NCBI GenBank assembly: GCA_001779925.1
Contig: MFEK01000014.1
Coordinates: 1,011-65,010, forward strand
Reading direction: 5' to 3'
From: Candidatus Doudnabacteria bacterium RIFCSPHIGHO2_01_FULL_46_14
GTDB lineage: Bacteria > Patescibacteriota > Doudnabacteria > UBA920 > 2-01-FULL-46-14
DNA: 64,000 nucleotides
Below, piece by piece: positions 17,976 through 26,807 of this stretch. The notes beneath the pieces were generated by a model. The model had not been told where the DNA came from. It searched no databases and worked only from the letters and a program-made list of their open reading frames with translations. Numbering within the stretch: position 1 is the stretch's first letter; each line of letters starts with the position of its first letter. The translations under genes and the position numbers were made by a program.

Positions 17976-18689
17976 AATAAAGCAGTTTTTATTACAGGAT
18001 GTTCAAGCGGCATCGGCGAACAAACCGCATACCAATTCGCGCGCCGCGGCTGGAAACTTGCTGTAAGTTATCATAGTAACCAGGATCAAGGAGAACGAGT
18101 CGTGCGCGAATGCCTGCGTCTCGGAGCTGCTGACGTACTGCTGGTTAAGCTGGAGCTGGTTTCTGATTCCAGCATTGACGATGCGGTGCGGCTGGTTGCG
18201 CGCAAATACGGGAAAATCGATACTTTGATAAATAATGCCGGGACCATAAGGCATAACCTTTTGGCAGATAAATCTTTCCAGGAAATCAGCGAGGAGCTCG
18301 CGGTAAATCTCGATGGCCCTATCAAATTGACTAAAACCTGCCTGCCCTATATCAAGGAGGGAATTATCAATGTCGGCAGCACTCTCGGTTTGACGGGAAA
18401 AAAGACATTATCAGTCTACAGCGCCAGCAAATTCGGTCTCCGCGGATTTACCAAAGCTTTAGCAAAAGAACTGCCGAATTTGCGAATCATTATGATAAAT
18501 CCGAGCCTTACCGCCACCAAGATGGGAAATGCCGGGGGACTGCCGCCCGTAAAGGTCGCCGAGATTATTTACAAAGCCGCAGTCAGCGAGATCGCGGTCC
18601 GTTCGGGAGATGATCTCAATGTGTTTGATTATCTGCGCCACCCAGTGATTCGTTTTTTAAAATACTTTTATAGAAAGATCCGGATATGA
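17973..18689 (+). CDS. SDR-family short-chain dehydrogenase/reductase
   Basis: GTG start inside the element right TIR gives MNKAVFITGCSSGIGEQTAY, the canonical SDR N-terminus. The track's ATG 17919 start would translate the element interior. YSASKFG active-site motif. Confidence 0.75.
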   Translation: MNKAVFITGCSSGIGEQTAYQFARRGWKLAVSYHSNQDQGERVVRECLRLGAADVLLVKLELVSDSSIDDAVRLVARKYGKIDTLINNAGTIRHNLLADKSFQEISEELAVNLDGPIKLTKTCLPYIKEGIINVGSTLGLTGKKTLSVYSASKFGLRGFTKALAKELPNLRIIMINPSLTATKMGNAGGLPPVKVAEIIYKAAVSEIAVRSGDDLNVFDYLRHPVIRFLKYFYRKIRI

Positions 18690-19702
18690 CGATTTGTTTT
18701 TTCGGCAATTACATTCCAGATTATCCGCGCATAGTAGTATTGAAAAAAGGATTTGCGGCCAATGGAGTGAAGGTTCTCGAATGCCACACCCGCAAAACCG
18801 GTGTTGCGAAATATATTGACCTCTGGCAGCAGCATCGTAAATTCAAAAATGATTATGATGTCCTGCTCGTCACCATGGGCGCTTATACTCTTGTGCCTTT
18901 CGCGCGCAGGCTGACCAAAAAAAAGCTCATCTTTGACGCGTTTGTGTCTCTGCAAATAACAGCCGATGATCGGGGTAAAGGCAGATTTATGGCAGATTTC
19001 TGGGATGCTTATGCCTGCCGGATCGCTGACCAGGTACTACTCGACACTAATGCGCAGATTGAATATTTTGTGGCGAGGTACAATCTGCCCCGCGTGAAAT
19101 TTACCCGCGTCCCTGCCTCCGCCGACCCAGATATCTTTTTCCCTACAAGCTACCAGCTACCCCCTACCCGCTCTTTTGTTGTCCACTGGCACGGCCACAT
19201 CGTCCCTTTTCACGGATTGGAAGCTGTGATTGAAGCCGCAAATAAATTAAAAGATCACAAAGATATCGAGTTTCGGATTACCACCAGGTTCAACAGTAAA
19301 TATCAAGCGATAAAAAAGCGCATACAAGAATTGAAATTAGAAAACGTCAATTTTTTCCCGGAAACATCTTACGCGGGATTGGCCAAAGCAATTAATGAAT
19401 CAGATGTTGTTCTGGGTGTGTTTGGCACCAAAAAAAAAGCCGAGGTGGTCATCCCTAACAAGATTTATGAAGCAGTGGCCTGCAAAAAACCAGTCATCAC
19501 CCGCGATTCGAAAGCGGTTAGAGAAGTGTTCGATGAAAACTCCATGAAACTGATTCGTCCTAACAACCCCGACGAATTAGCTACCGCGATTTTGGAATTG
19601 AAACAAAATGAAGCCAAACGAAACAGCCTTGCTGAAAACGCTAATGAAATTTATACAGCAAACTTGCTGCCTGGAGCGATAACCAAGCCTTTGCTAGAAT
19701 GA
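18686..19702 (+). CDS. Putative glycosyltransferase (GT-B-like), family uncertain
   Basis: 338 aa. C-terminal NKIYEAVACKKPVITRDSKAVREVF resembles a GT-B nucleotide-sugar binding region. No confident family match from sequence alone. Confidence 0.35.
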   Translation: MTICFFGNYIPDYPRIVVLKKGFAANGVKVLECHTRKTGVAKYIDLWQQHRKFKNDYDVLLVTMGAYTLVPFARRLTKKKLIFDAFVSLQITADDRGKGRFMADFWDAYACRIADQVLLDTNAQIEYFVARYNLPRVKFTRVPASADPDIFFPTSYQLPPTRSFVVHWHGHIVPFHGLEAVIEAANKLKDHKDIEFRITTRFNSKYQAIKKRIQELKLENVNFFPETSYAGLAKAINESDVVLGVFGTKKKAEVVIPNKIYEAVACKKPVITRDSKAVREVFDENSMKLIRPNNPDELATAILELKQNEAKRNSLAENANEIYTANLLPGAITKPLLE

Positions 19703-19735
19703 TTACGTAATTAATTACGTAATCAGTTACGTAAC
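19703..19735. promoter_or_regulatory. Three tandem TTACGTAA palindromic half-site repeats (candidate operator)
   Basis: TTACGTAA at 19703-19710, 19715-19722 and 19727-19734, immediately upstream of a small AbrB/MazE-like ORF. Confidence 0.4.
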
Positions 19736-19745
19736 TGGAGATAAG

Positions 19746-19922
19746 ATGGCAAGTAGAAAATTAGCCGACAAAAATGTAAGGAAACTCAGCCGCATGAGAG
19801 GTAAGTCTCTTGGTCTTACTCTTCCGATTGAGTTAGTCAACGGAATGGGATGGAAGGAAAAGCAGAAGGTGGTTGTGAAAAAACAGGGCAGGCATTTGAT
19901 CATCAAGGACTGGAAAGCGTAA
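19746..19922 (+). CDS. Small AbrB/MazE/SpoVT-like DNA-binding protein (58 aa), not in the ORF track
   Basis: MASRKLADKNVRKLSRMRGKSLGLTLPIELVNGMGWKEKQKVVVKKQGRHLIIKDWKA. Swapped-hairpin-like pattern (K.G.SL.LT.P.E......G.....V.V...G..L.I). Confidence 0.4.
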   Translation: MASRKLADKNVRKLSRMRGKSLGLTLPIELVNGMGWKEKQKVVVKKQGRHLIIKDWKA

Positions 19923-20096
19923 TGAAACAAAATTGCTCAAACCGTTTGCTGCCAATAAACTTGATTTTATGAACAACCTTAGAAAAAAACTTCAGTATAA
20001 ATCAAAACGAGAGCCAATTACATAAGGACGAAACCTCATGAACCTGCTCTCATCGTGAGCATGATATATTAGCAAAATTTTTATAGATTGTCAAGC

Positions 20097-21284
20097 ATGA
20101 AAATTTTTTACATTGCCAACGCCAGGATACCGACCGAAAAGGCGCACGGGATTCAGATAATGAAAATGTGCGAGGCTTTCGCGCGTCTGGGGCACGACGT
20201 AAAGCTGATAATTCCGAGTCGCGTTTCCCATATTGAGGAAGAGGCATTCGCGTACTATGGTATGACGAAAACTTTTGAGATTGTTTATTTGCCGTCGCTC
20301 GACCTCATCCGCTGGAGCGGATGGATTCCGAAAATATTTGCTTATTTGCAGAATTGGTCGTTTAGTAATTCCGTCCAGAAATTTTTGGATGACAATCAGG
20401 CAGATTTGCTTTACACCCGTGATGAGCTGACCGCCCTGTCATTGCCTAGAAACCTGGAAATTATTTTGGAAGTGCATAATGTTTCGAGGATTTTGCGAAA
20501 TAATACAGAGCGATTAAATAAACTGCAAAAAATAATTTCCATCACTGCGGGCCTGAAAAATGAACTGATGCGGCTGGGGTATGAGGCAAATAAGATTCAA
20601 GTCTTACCGGATGGGGTGGATTTGAAAAATTTCACCCTCCCCCAACCCCTCCCTGCCTCGCCGGCAGGCGGGCCCTCAAGGAAGGGGAATTCCTCCCCCT
20701 TGAGGGGGGAGGATAAAGGAGGGAGTGGTAAAAGAACTATAATGTATACAGGCAATTTTTTTGCCTGGAAAGGAGTCTACGTTTTAGCCGAGGCCACAAG
20801 ACTCTTACCAGAATATCAATTTGTATTTGTCGGCGGCTCGCCAGACGAACAGGAAAAATTTCAAGATTATATAAAAAGACAGTCATATAACGATCGTGAT
20901 ATAGCTGTCAAGAATATTAAGTTAACTGGACACGTACCGCATAATCAAATTCCTGAATATTTATCGCATGCAGATGTGCTGGTTCTGCCCAACTCGGGCA
21001 AAACCCCGATTTCAAGATATTACACCTCGCCTATGAAAATGTTTGAATATATGGCGGTTGGAAAGCCAATAGTGGCCTCGGACATGCCGTCGATTCGGGA
21101 AATCCTTAATGAATCTAATTCGATTCTTGTGAAACCAGACGATCCGCAGGCGCTGGCTCAGGGAATAAAAAAAGCGATCGAAGATTCTGAATTGGCAAAA
21201 AGAATCGCCGCACAAGCCTCGACAGACGCAAAAAAATACACCTGGCAAAACCGGGCAAAAGCCGTCATTGATTTAATGTCATAA
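20097..21284 (+). CDS. Glycosyltransferase family 4 with in-frame GC palindromic insert in the interdomain linker
   Basis: ATG at 20097 (MKIFYIANARIP). Insert encodes TLPQPLPASPAGGPSRKGNSSPLRGEDKGGSGK. C-terminal GT4 motif SPMKMFEYMAVGKPIVASDMPSIREIL. Confidence 0.8.
   Translation: MKIFYIANARIPTEKAHGIQIMKMCEAFARLGHDVKLIIPSRVSHIEEEAFAYYGMTKTFEIVYLPSLDLIRWSGWIPKIFAYLQNWSFSNSVQKFLDDNQADLLYTRDELTALSLPRNLEIILEVHNVSRILRNNTERLNKLQKIISITAGLKNELMRLGYEANKIQVLPDGVDLKNFTLPQPLPASPAGGPSRKGNSSPLRGEDKGGSGKRTIMYTGNFFAWKGVYVLAEATRLLPEYQFVFVGGSPDEQEKFQDYIKRQSYNDRDIAVKNIKLTGHVPHNQIPEYLSHADVLVLPNSGKTPISRYYTSPMKMFEYMAVGKPIVASDMPSIREILNESNSILVKPDDPQALAQGIKKAIEDSELAKRIAAQASTDAKKYTWQNRAKAVIDLMS
20631..20730. repeat. 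In-frame GC-rich palindromic element (about 100 bp) within GT4 gene 20097..21284
   Basis: TTCACCCTCCCCCAACCCCTCCC...CCTCCCCCTTGAGGGGGGAGG. Begins with the same TTTCACCCTCCCC as the intergenic copy at 26828. Confidence 0.75.
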
Positions 21285-21309
21285 AATTGGTAGAATAAAA
21301 GCCGAATTC

Positions 21310-22410
21310 ATGCATCAATACGGCATTGATATAAATACGCTGGAGAAATTCATTACCAAGCCCCAGGCAGAAGAAAAGGACTGGGGACGGTTTTGTGTGG
21401 CTGTGGATTTGCCGGAGTACCGCCTCGAGCAGTATGAGATTTCTGCCGGTAAATCTTGCGAGCTGCAGACTGCACGCGGGCATGAGGTCACGATTTTTGT
21501 GGAGAGCGGAGTAGTGCGCGTGGACGACATAGAACTTACAGCACAGGAACTGGTGTCCAGTGAAGGCAGGCTTGTTATCATGGCCAAGGAAGACTCGATT
21601 GTCTACGCGTTTCATGGGCCGGCAGAGTATGGCAGCGTGTATCATCAGAAATCTAAGACTTCTGATTTTCGTGACAAATATTGGGGCTCGATCGAAACTA
21701 TTGTGAGTCGCGATTACGCGGCCAAGAGGCTAGTCGTAAGAAAAGAGCGGCACGCGAGTTTTGAGTACCACTGCCGCAAATTGGAAAGTTATTTTATTCA
21801 TTCGGGTAAACTACTTCTCCGTAATAGAGCGGGTCGCGGCGAGGATCGGTATTTTGAACTCGAAAAAGGGACTGCGACGATCACGCCGCCGGGACTCATG
21901 CACCAGCGGGGGGGATTGGAGGACACTGTTATCATTGAAATCTCCACGCGCGACGAGGACGGTGATTCGTATCTTGTGGAGGACGGCGCAAAACTACCCA
22001 TGCCCCGCCTCCGCCAAGGCTACGGCGGGCTGGATCGAGGTTCAGAGGAATATAAGGGCCGCAGGATTTGTTTTGATATTGATGGAGTCCTGCGCACTCA
22101 GACAGACGGCGATTATGAGAATGCCCAGCCAATCAAAGAGGCGATTGATTTCATAAACAAACTTTATAACGAAGGCTTTTGGATCACCCTTTATACCTCG
22201 AGCTTTATGGGACGTGCCAAAAATGATCAAAAAGCCGCGTACGAGGCAGGATTTGCATTTAATAAAAAACAGCTGGCTGGTTGGGGCGTAAAATACCACG
22301 AGCTGTTTATGGGCAAGCCGCCGACAGATTTGTTAATCGATGATCGGGCGTTATTTTACAATCAAGATTGGGCAGTGATTGAAAAGGAAATTCGGAGCAA
22401 GCTTCAATAA
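21310..22410 (+). CDS. Bicupin - HAD-like phosphatase fusion protein
   Basis: Two cupin-type beta-barrel segments (…GHEVTIFVESGVVRVDD…; …SYFIHSGKLLL…GTATITPPGLMHQRGG…). C-terminal HAD-type domain with CFDIDGVL (DxDG) and GKPPTDLLIDDRA. Confidence 0.5.
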   Translation: MHQYGIDINTLEKFITKPQAEEKDWGRFCVAVDLPEYRLEQYEISAGKSCELQTARGHEVTIFVESGVVRVDDIELTAQELVSSEGRLVIMAKEDSIVYAFHGPAEYGSVYHQKSKTSDFRDKYWGSIETIVSRDYAAKRLVVRKERHASFEYHCRKLESYFIHSGKLLLRNRAGRGEDRYFELEKGTATITPPGLMHQRGGLEDTVIIEISTRDEDGDSYLVEDGAKLPMPRLRQGYGGLDRGSEEYKGRRICFDIDGVLRTQTDGDYENAQPIKEAIDFINKLYNEGFWITLYTSSFMGRAKNDQKAAYEAGFAFNKKQLAGWGVKYHELFMGKPPTDLLIDDRALFYNQDWAVIEKEIRSKLQ

Positions 22411-22411
22411 C

Positions 22412-23110
22412 ATGAATTTAGAAGAAGCCAATATTTTAAAAATTCTAGTCTGCGAGCAAAACCGGCGGCTCCCGGAAACCGGTCTCGTTATTTTGACTGA
22501 AGGCAATGTTTCGCAGATTTCCTCTAATCGCAGTTTCATTGTCATCAAACCTTCCGGCGTGGAATATCATGATCTGGCCCCGGAGAAAATGGTAGTGGTG
22601 GATATGTCTGGGAAGGTTGTTGAGGGGGATTTGCGTCCATCTGTTGACACCTTTACTCATCTGGAAATTTACAAAAAATACTCGCATATCGGGGGCATTA
22701 CCCATACCCACTCCTCGTTTGCCACAGTGTTCGCGCAGATGCACAAACCAGTGCCGGCTTATGGCACTACTCACGCTGATGCTTTTGGCCAGGAGATTCC
22801 GGTGACGCGTCCGCTTTCCGATGACGAAATCACCGGCAATCTGGAGATCAACACCGGTCGGGTCATTTGCGAGGTTCTCGATCAGCGTCACGCGCGATGC
22901 GTGCTGGTGGCGAGCCACGGTCCGTTCGTGTTCGGCAAAGACGCTAAAGAGTCAGTTGACTGCGCGGCCATGGCCGAACAGGTGGCTATGATGGCCATCC
23001 TCGGGCAGTATCGCAGCCCGATTCAAGAAGCGCTTCTCAAAAAACATTTCGAGCGCAAGCACGGCAAGGATAAATATTACGGGCAACAGTTGGACCATGA
23101 CAAAATATAA
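22412..23110 (+). CDS. Class II aldolase/adducin family protein (L-ribulose-5-phosphate 4-epimerase-like)
   Basis: ATG at 22412. VIKPSGVEYHDL....VVVDMSGKVVEG; SVDTFTHLEIYKKYSHIGGITHTHSSFAT zinc-ligand histidine pattern. Confidence 0.7.
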   Translation: MNLEEANILKILVCEQNRRLPETGLVILTEGNVSQISSNRSFIVIKPSGVEYHDLAPEKMVVVDMSGKVVEGDLRPSVDTFTHLEIYKKYSHIGGITHTHSSFATVFAQMHKPVPAYGTTHADAFGQEIPVTRPLSDDEITGNLEINTGRVICEVLDQRHARCVLVASHGPFVFGKDAKESVDCAAMAEQVAMMAILGQYRSPIQEALLKKHFERKHGKDKYYGQQLDHDKI

Positions 23111-23762
23111 AGGCATAATTTTCGATTTCAATGGCGTTTTACTCTGGGACATCCCGCTTCATGAAAAAGGATGGGATCGGTTTGCACGCAGGCATCGCGG
23201 CGCTGGCTTATCTGAGCATGATTGGGATCATTTGAACGCAAAGAGCACTTGGGACACTATAGAGTATTTGCTGGGAAAAAAATTAACCAGGGAAGAGCTT
23301 GATCATTATGAGGCGGAAAAAGAGCTAGGGTATCAGGAAGAGCTTGGCGCTGACCCTGTTTTGTCTGCGGGAGCGGTTAGCCTTCTTGATAATCTGAAAT
23401 CGCGAAATATTCCCATGGCGGTCGCCACCTCTTCGAGCAAAATTAATATAGATTTTTTCTTGCGCACGTTTGGCCTGGAGAAATGGTTTCCTCTGGATCG
23501 CATAGTATATTTTGACGGGACTTTTCCGGCAAAACCTCACCCGGAGATGTATTTGCGCGCGGCAAAGACCATTGGGCTCAATGCGGGAGATTGCGTTGTG
23601 GTGGAAGATGCGATTCAGGGGATTATCTCCGCCAAAGCCGCCGGCGCAGGAATGATAATTGGCCTTGAATCTACCAAAGATTCGAAAGCCCTGCTGGCCG
23701 CGGGTGCGGATCAGAGTATTAAAACGCTCGAAGAGATCAAGCCGGAAGAATTATTCGTATGA
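23097..23762 (+). CDS. HAD-superfamily hydrolase (beta-phosphoglucomutase-like subfamily IA)
   Basis: GIIFDFNGVL (DxD-like motif I), ATSS (motif II), VVVEDAIQGIISAKAAG (motif IV). Confidence 0.75.
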   Translation: MTKYKGIIFDFNGVLLWDIPLHEKGWDRFARRHRGAGLSEHDWDHLNAKSTWDTIEYLLGKKLTREELDHYEAEKELGYQEELGADPVLSAGAVSLLDNLKSRNIPMAVATSSSKINIDFFLRTFGLEKWFPLDRIVYFDGTFPAKPHPEMYLRAAKTIGLNAGDCVVVEDAIQGIISAKAAGAGMIIGLESTKDSKALLAAGADQSIKTLEEIKPEELFV

Positions 23763-24100
23763 ATTGGACGATTCTAATTTTGATCGGTAGCCAGCTGCTT
23801 TTCACCGCCAGCGACACTCTCGCTAGAAGTTATATGAAAGATCATGGGTTTCATTTGGCTACTTTCTTCGCGCCATGGTTTTTATTTTATCTTTTGCTCA
23901 GGATGCCTGCAGTTCTCGGGCAGCTATATATATTTTCCTCAATCGAACTCGGAAAAACCATGGCTTTGTTTGCGGTAGTGACAATAATATTATCAAATTT
24001 AATCGGTCTTTTGCTTCTTAAAGAAGTCCTTTCAGTTTCCGCTTATGTTGGAATAGCGCTCGCAATTACAGCGTTTATTGTGCTATATTTTAGTAAATAA
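23759..24100 (+). CDS. Small 4-TM membrane protein (SMR/EamA-like; ArnE/ArnF-type flippase candidate)
   Basis: 113 aa, four hydrophobic helices. Context with GT-C and ArnC-like genes. Confidence 0.4.
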   Translation: MNWTILILIGSQLLFTASDTLARSYMKDHGFHLATFFAPWFLFYLLLRMPAVLGQLYIFSSIELGKTMALFAVVTIILSNLIGLLLLKEVLSVSAYVGIALAITAFIVLYFSK

Positions 24101-24101
24101 T

Positions 24102-24842
24102 ATGAAATTATTTCTTGATTCAGCTAATTTGCAAGATATTGAGGAAGCCCTGCAGGGCGGGTTTATTCGCGGCGTCACTACCAATCCTTCACTTTTGGCC
24201 AAAGAGCCAAAGGGTAGTTATGTTGGCCATGCTCAAAAGATTATTGAGCTAATACAGAAACACGGGGAGAATTTATCTCTGAGCGTTGAGGTTTTTACAA
24301 ACGACCAAAAAGAAATGATTTCTCAGGCCAAAGATTTTGTGAAGCAATTAAATTACAAGCAATTAGCCATAAAAATCCCGGTCAGCTACAAAGGCCAGTC
24401 CAACCTGAATGTTATGCGAGAGCTGACCTCTGAAGGGATAATTGTTAATTGCACAGCCGCGATGACCCCGCTGCAGCTTATGATGGCCGCTGCAAGCGGA
24501 GCAAAATACGTGAGCTTGTTTTACAATCGCCTCAGGGACGCAGAAAATGAAGAAACCTACAAAGCAGAAAGAGAAGCGCTCATCAAAAATAAAGTTGTTG
24601 AGGAGGCAGACTATGACCCCAACAAAGTTTTACACGAGACTGTGCCGCTCTTGATGGATTATCCGGATTCGGAAATCATTGTCGGCAGTATCAGGACAGT
24701 GCTCGATGTCAAAGAATCCGCGCTCGCTGGCGGTCACATTGTTACTGCGTCATTGAAGATCCTCAAAGACGCACTAATGCATTTCAAAACCGATGACAGC
24801 GTGGATAAATTCCTCAAAGATTTTGAATCGTGGATTAAATAA
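24102..24842 (+). CDS. Transaldolase / fructose-6-phosphate aldolase family (short form)
   Basis: MKLFLDSANLQDIEEALQGGFIRGVTTNPSLLAKE, the canonical N-terminus of short transaldolases. ATG at 24102. Confidence 0.8.
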   Translation: MKLFLDSANLQDIEEALQGGFIRGVTTNPSLLAKEPKGSYVGHAQKIIELIQKHGENLSLSVEVFTNDQKEMISQAKDFVKQLNYKQLAIKIPVSYKGQSNLNVMRELTSEGIIVNCTAAMTPLQLMMAAASGAKYVSLFYNRLRDAENEETYKAEREALIKNKVVEEADYDPNKVLHETVPLLMDYPDSEIIVGSIRTVLDVKESALAGGHIVTASLKILKDALMHFKTDDSVDKFLKDFESWIK

Positions 24843-24844
24843 CT

Positions 24845-25741
24845 ATGGTAAACTCTAACGAAAAAATCGTAGTTTTGGGCGCGGATCACAATGGTGTGGC
24901 TCTGAAAGCTGAGGTGAAAAAGCTCCTCGCAGGCCAGGGTTATACTTGCGTGGATATCGGTCCCTTTACGGATGAACAAAAGGTTGATTATGTTGATTAC
25001 GCCAAGACTCTCGGGCAGATCATGCAGAATGGGGAAGCGCGCTGGGGGGTTCTAGTGTGCGGCACAGGTGTCGGGATGGATATTGTAGCCAACCGTTTTT
25101 CGAATGTTCGGGCTTCGCTGGCGCACAGCGTGGATGTGGCCCATAAAACGCGTGAGCACAATGATGCCAATGTGCTCTGCCTCGGTTCCTGGGTGAACAG
25201 CACTGAAGACAATCTGGAAATCGTTCGCGCGTGGTTTGGCGGGGCGTTTGGCGAAGGCCGGCATGTGAAGCGCGTGGAAAAGACGAAAGACCATGACAAA
25301 AGCAAGATTGTGTTTACAAATGGTGTTTTCGATATTCTTCATAAAGGGCATATTGATCTTTTGAAATGGGCAAAATCTTTGGGTGGCAAACTGGTGGTAG
25401 GTATTAACTCGGACCGGGCCACGCGCGAGCTCAAAGGTCCAGAGAGGCCGATTCATAATGAGAATGACCGCAAGGCAATCCTTGAGAGTCTGGGAATGGT
25501 TGATGAGGTTGTGATTTTTGATGATACAAAAACTGAGGGTATTATTGCGCAGGTTCAGCCAGATATCCTCGTGAAAGGCGCGGAATGGACCGCAGATGAG
25601 GTTAGAAAGCGCGATAATATTCCTGATAACATCGAGGTTAAAGTTTTTCAGCTGTCGCTCAACCCGGATTTTTGCATGGAAAAATATTCAACCACGAGCG
25701 TGGTGGAAAAGCTGAAGGGCGATAAACACGATCATGCCTAA
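24845..25741 (+). CDS. Fusion: RpiB/LacA/LacB-type sugar-phosphate isomerase + HldE-domain-II-like heptose-1-phosphate adenylyltransferase
   Basis: N-terminus: KIVVLGADHNGVALK...GVLVCGTGVGMDIVANR (RpiB fold). C-terminus: KIVFTNGVFDILHKGHIDLL...GINSDRATRELKGPERP...VDEVVIFDDTKTEGII...PDILVKG, matching E. coli HldE domain II motif by motif. Confidence 0.75.
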   Translation: MVNSNEKIVVLGADHNGVALKAEVKKLLAGQGYTCVDIGPFTDEQKVDYVDYAKTLGQIMQNGEARWGVLVCGTGVGMDIVANRFSNVRASLAHSVDVAHKTREHNDANVLCLGSWVNSTEDNLEIVRAWFGGAFGEGRHVKRVEKTKDHDKSKIVFTNGVFDILHKGHIDLLKWAKSLGGKLVVGINSDRATRELKGPERPIHNENDRKAILESLGMVDEVVIFDDTKTEGIIAQVQPDILVKGAEWTADEVRKRDNIPDNIEVKVFQLSLNPDFCMEKYSTTSVVEKLKGDKHDHA

Positions 25742-26585
25742 GGTTATTGTTGTCGGTGACCTCATTTTAGACATCTATCACTATGGCCATCCCCTCAAAG
25801 ATTCAGTTGAGGGGCTTCTTGCTATTGGTGAGGATAAAACTGAAGCATCTTTTGGCGGCGCAGGGCTATTGGTCCGCAATATTGTCCAGCTCGGCGGGCG
25901 GGTTGATTTCGTTACTGTTATTGGAAATGATGAGTTTGGCGACCTCGCGCAGAAATTTATCCGTCAAAACTTAAAGAAAACATTTTTTGTCGAAAATGGC
26001 CGCAAGACTACGGTCAAAGAGAGGTTTGTGGTGAATGGCAAAAAGGTTTTGAAATGGAATCATTTGGATAATCGGCCGCTCAATCCCGCAATTCAGAACA
26101 GAATTTTGCTTTACCTGGCAAAAAATATTAGAGGTTACGATAAACTTATCATTTCTGACTATCGCCATGGCCTCATTTCGCAGAGCTTTGCCCGCGCTCT
26201 GGTTGCACTCGGCAAAAAATTTAAAAAGCCGGTTTATGTTGATTCGCAGATCGCTCAAAGCAAAGGCAACCATGCCTGGTATAAAGGTGCTGATTTAATG
26301 TGTTTGAATGAATTGGAAGCAAAAAGCATCAAGGATGAGATCGACATTCCCAACATAATTTTGAAGCTAGGATCAAAAGGCTCGCTCGCAGTCATTGAAG
26401 GAAAGAAAATCCGCACACCGGCATTTAAGGTAAAGGTTGTAGACACTACTGGCGCTGGTGATGCGTTTTTTGCAGCGCTTGTGATCTCGAATTTTCCGCC
26501 AACTACCTCTGACTTGAAACGCGCCAACAAATGGGCAGCTTTGACCACAACAAAAATGGGCACCGAGCTTCCAAAAACCAGATAA
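25734..26585 (+). CDS. PfkB-family carbohydrate kinase, HldE-domain-I-like (heptose 7-phosphate kinase candidate)
   Basis: VIVVGDLILDIYHYG (compare HldE VMVVGDVMLDRYWYG). GGAGLLVRNIVQLGG. C-terminal VDTTGAGDAFFAAL anion-hole motif. Confidence 0.75.
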   Translation: MPKVIVVGDLILDIYHYGHPLKDSVEGLLAIGEDKTEASFGGAGLLVRNIVQLGGRVDFVTVIGNDEFGDLAQKFIRQNLKKTFFVENGRKTTVKERFVVNGKKVLKWNHLDNRPLNPAIQNRILLYLAKNIRGYDKLIISDYRHGLISQSFARALVALGKKFKKPVYVDSQIAQSKGNHAWYKGADLMCLNELEAKSIKDEIDIPNIILKLGSKGSLAVIEGKKIRTPAFKVKVVDTTGAGDAFFAALVISNFPPTTSDLKRANKWAALTTTKMGTELPKTR

Positions 26586-26633
26586 GAATCTGATATAATT
26601 GACAATCAAAACATTCAGGATTAGGATAATCAT

Positions 26634-26807
26634 ATGTCAGAAGACAAGCTGAGCAAAATTTTAGAAGTCGTTATCCACCTAAAAGATAAGATAGATAACG
26701 ATATGGTGACGAAAGACGAATTCGCAGAATTCAGGAGCGAGAACACTGCTCATATTGACGGTTTTATTAAGCTACATCAAACACTGGATACGTTGCGGGC
26801 GGGTTAG
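26634..26807 (+). CDS. Hypothetical small protein (57 aa), not in the ORF track
   Basis: ATG preceded by AGGA. MSEDKLSKILEVVIHLKDKIDNDMVTKDEFAEFRSENTAHIDGFIKLHQTLDTLRAG. No recognisable family. Confidence 0.25.
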   Translation: MSEDKLSKILEVVIHLKDKIDNDMVTKDEFAEFRSENTAHIDGFIKLHQTLDTLRAG

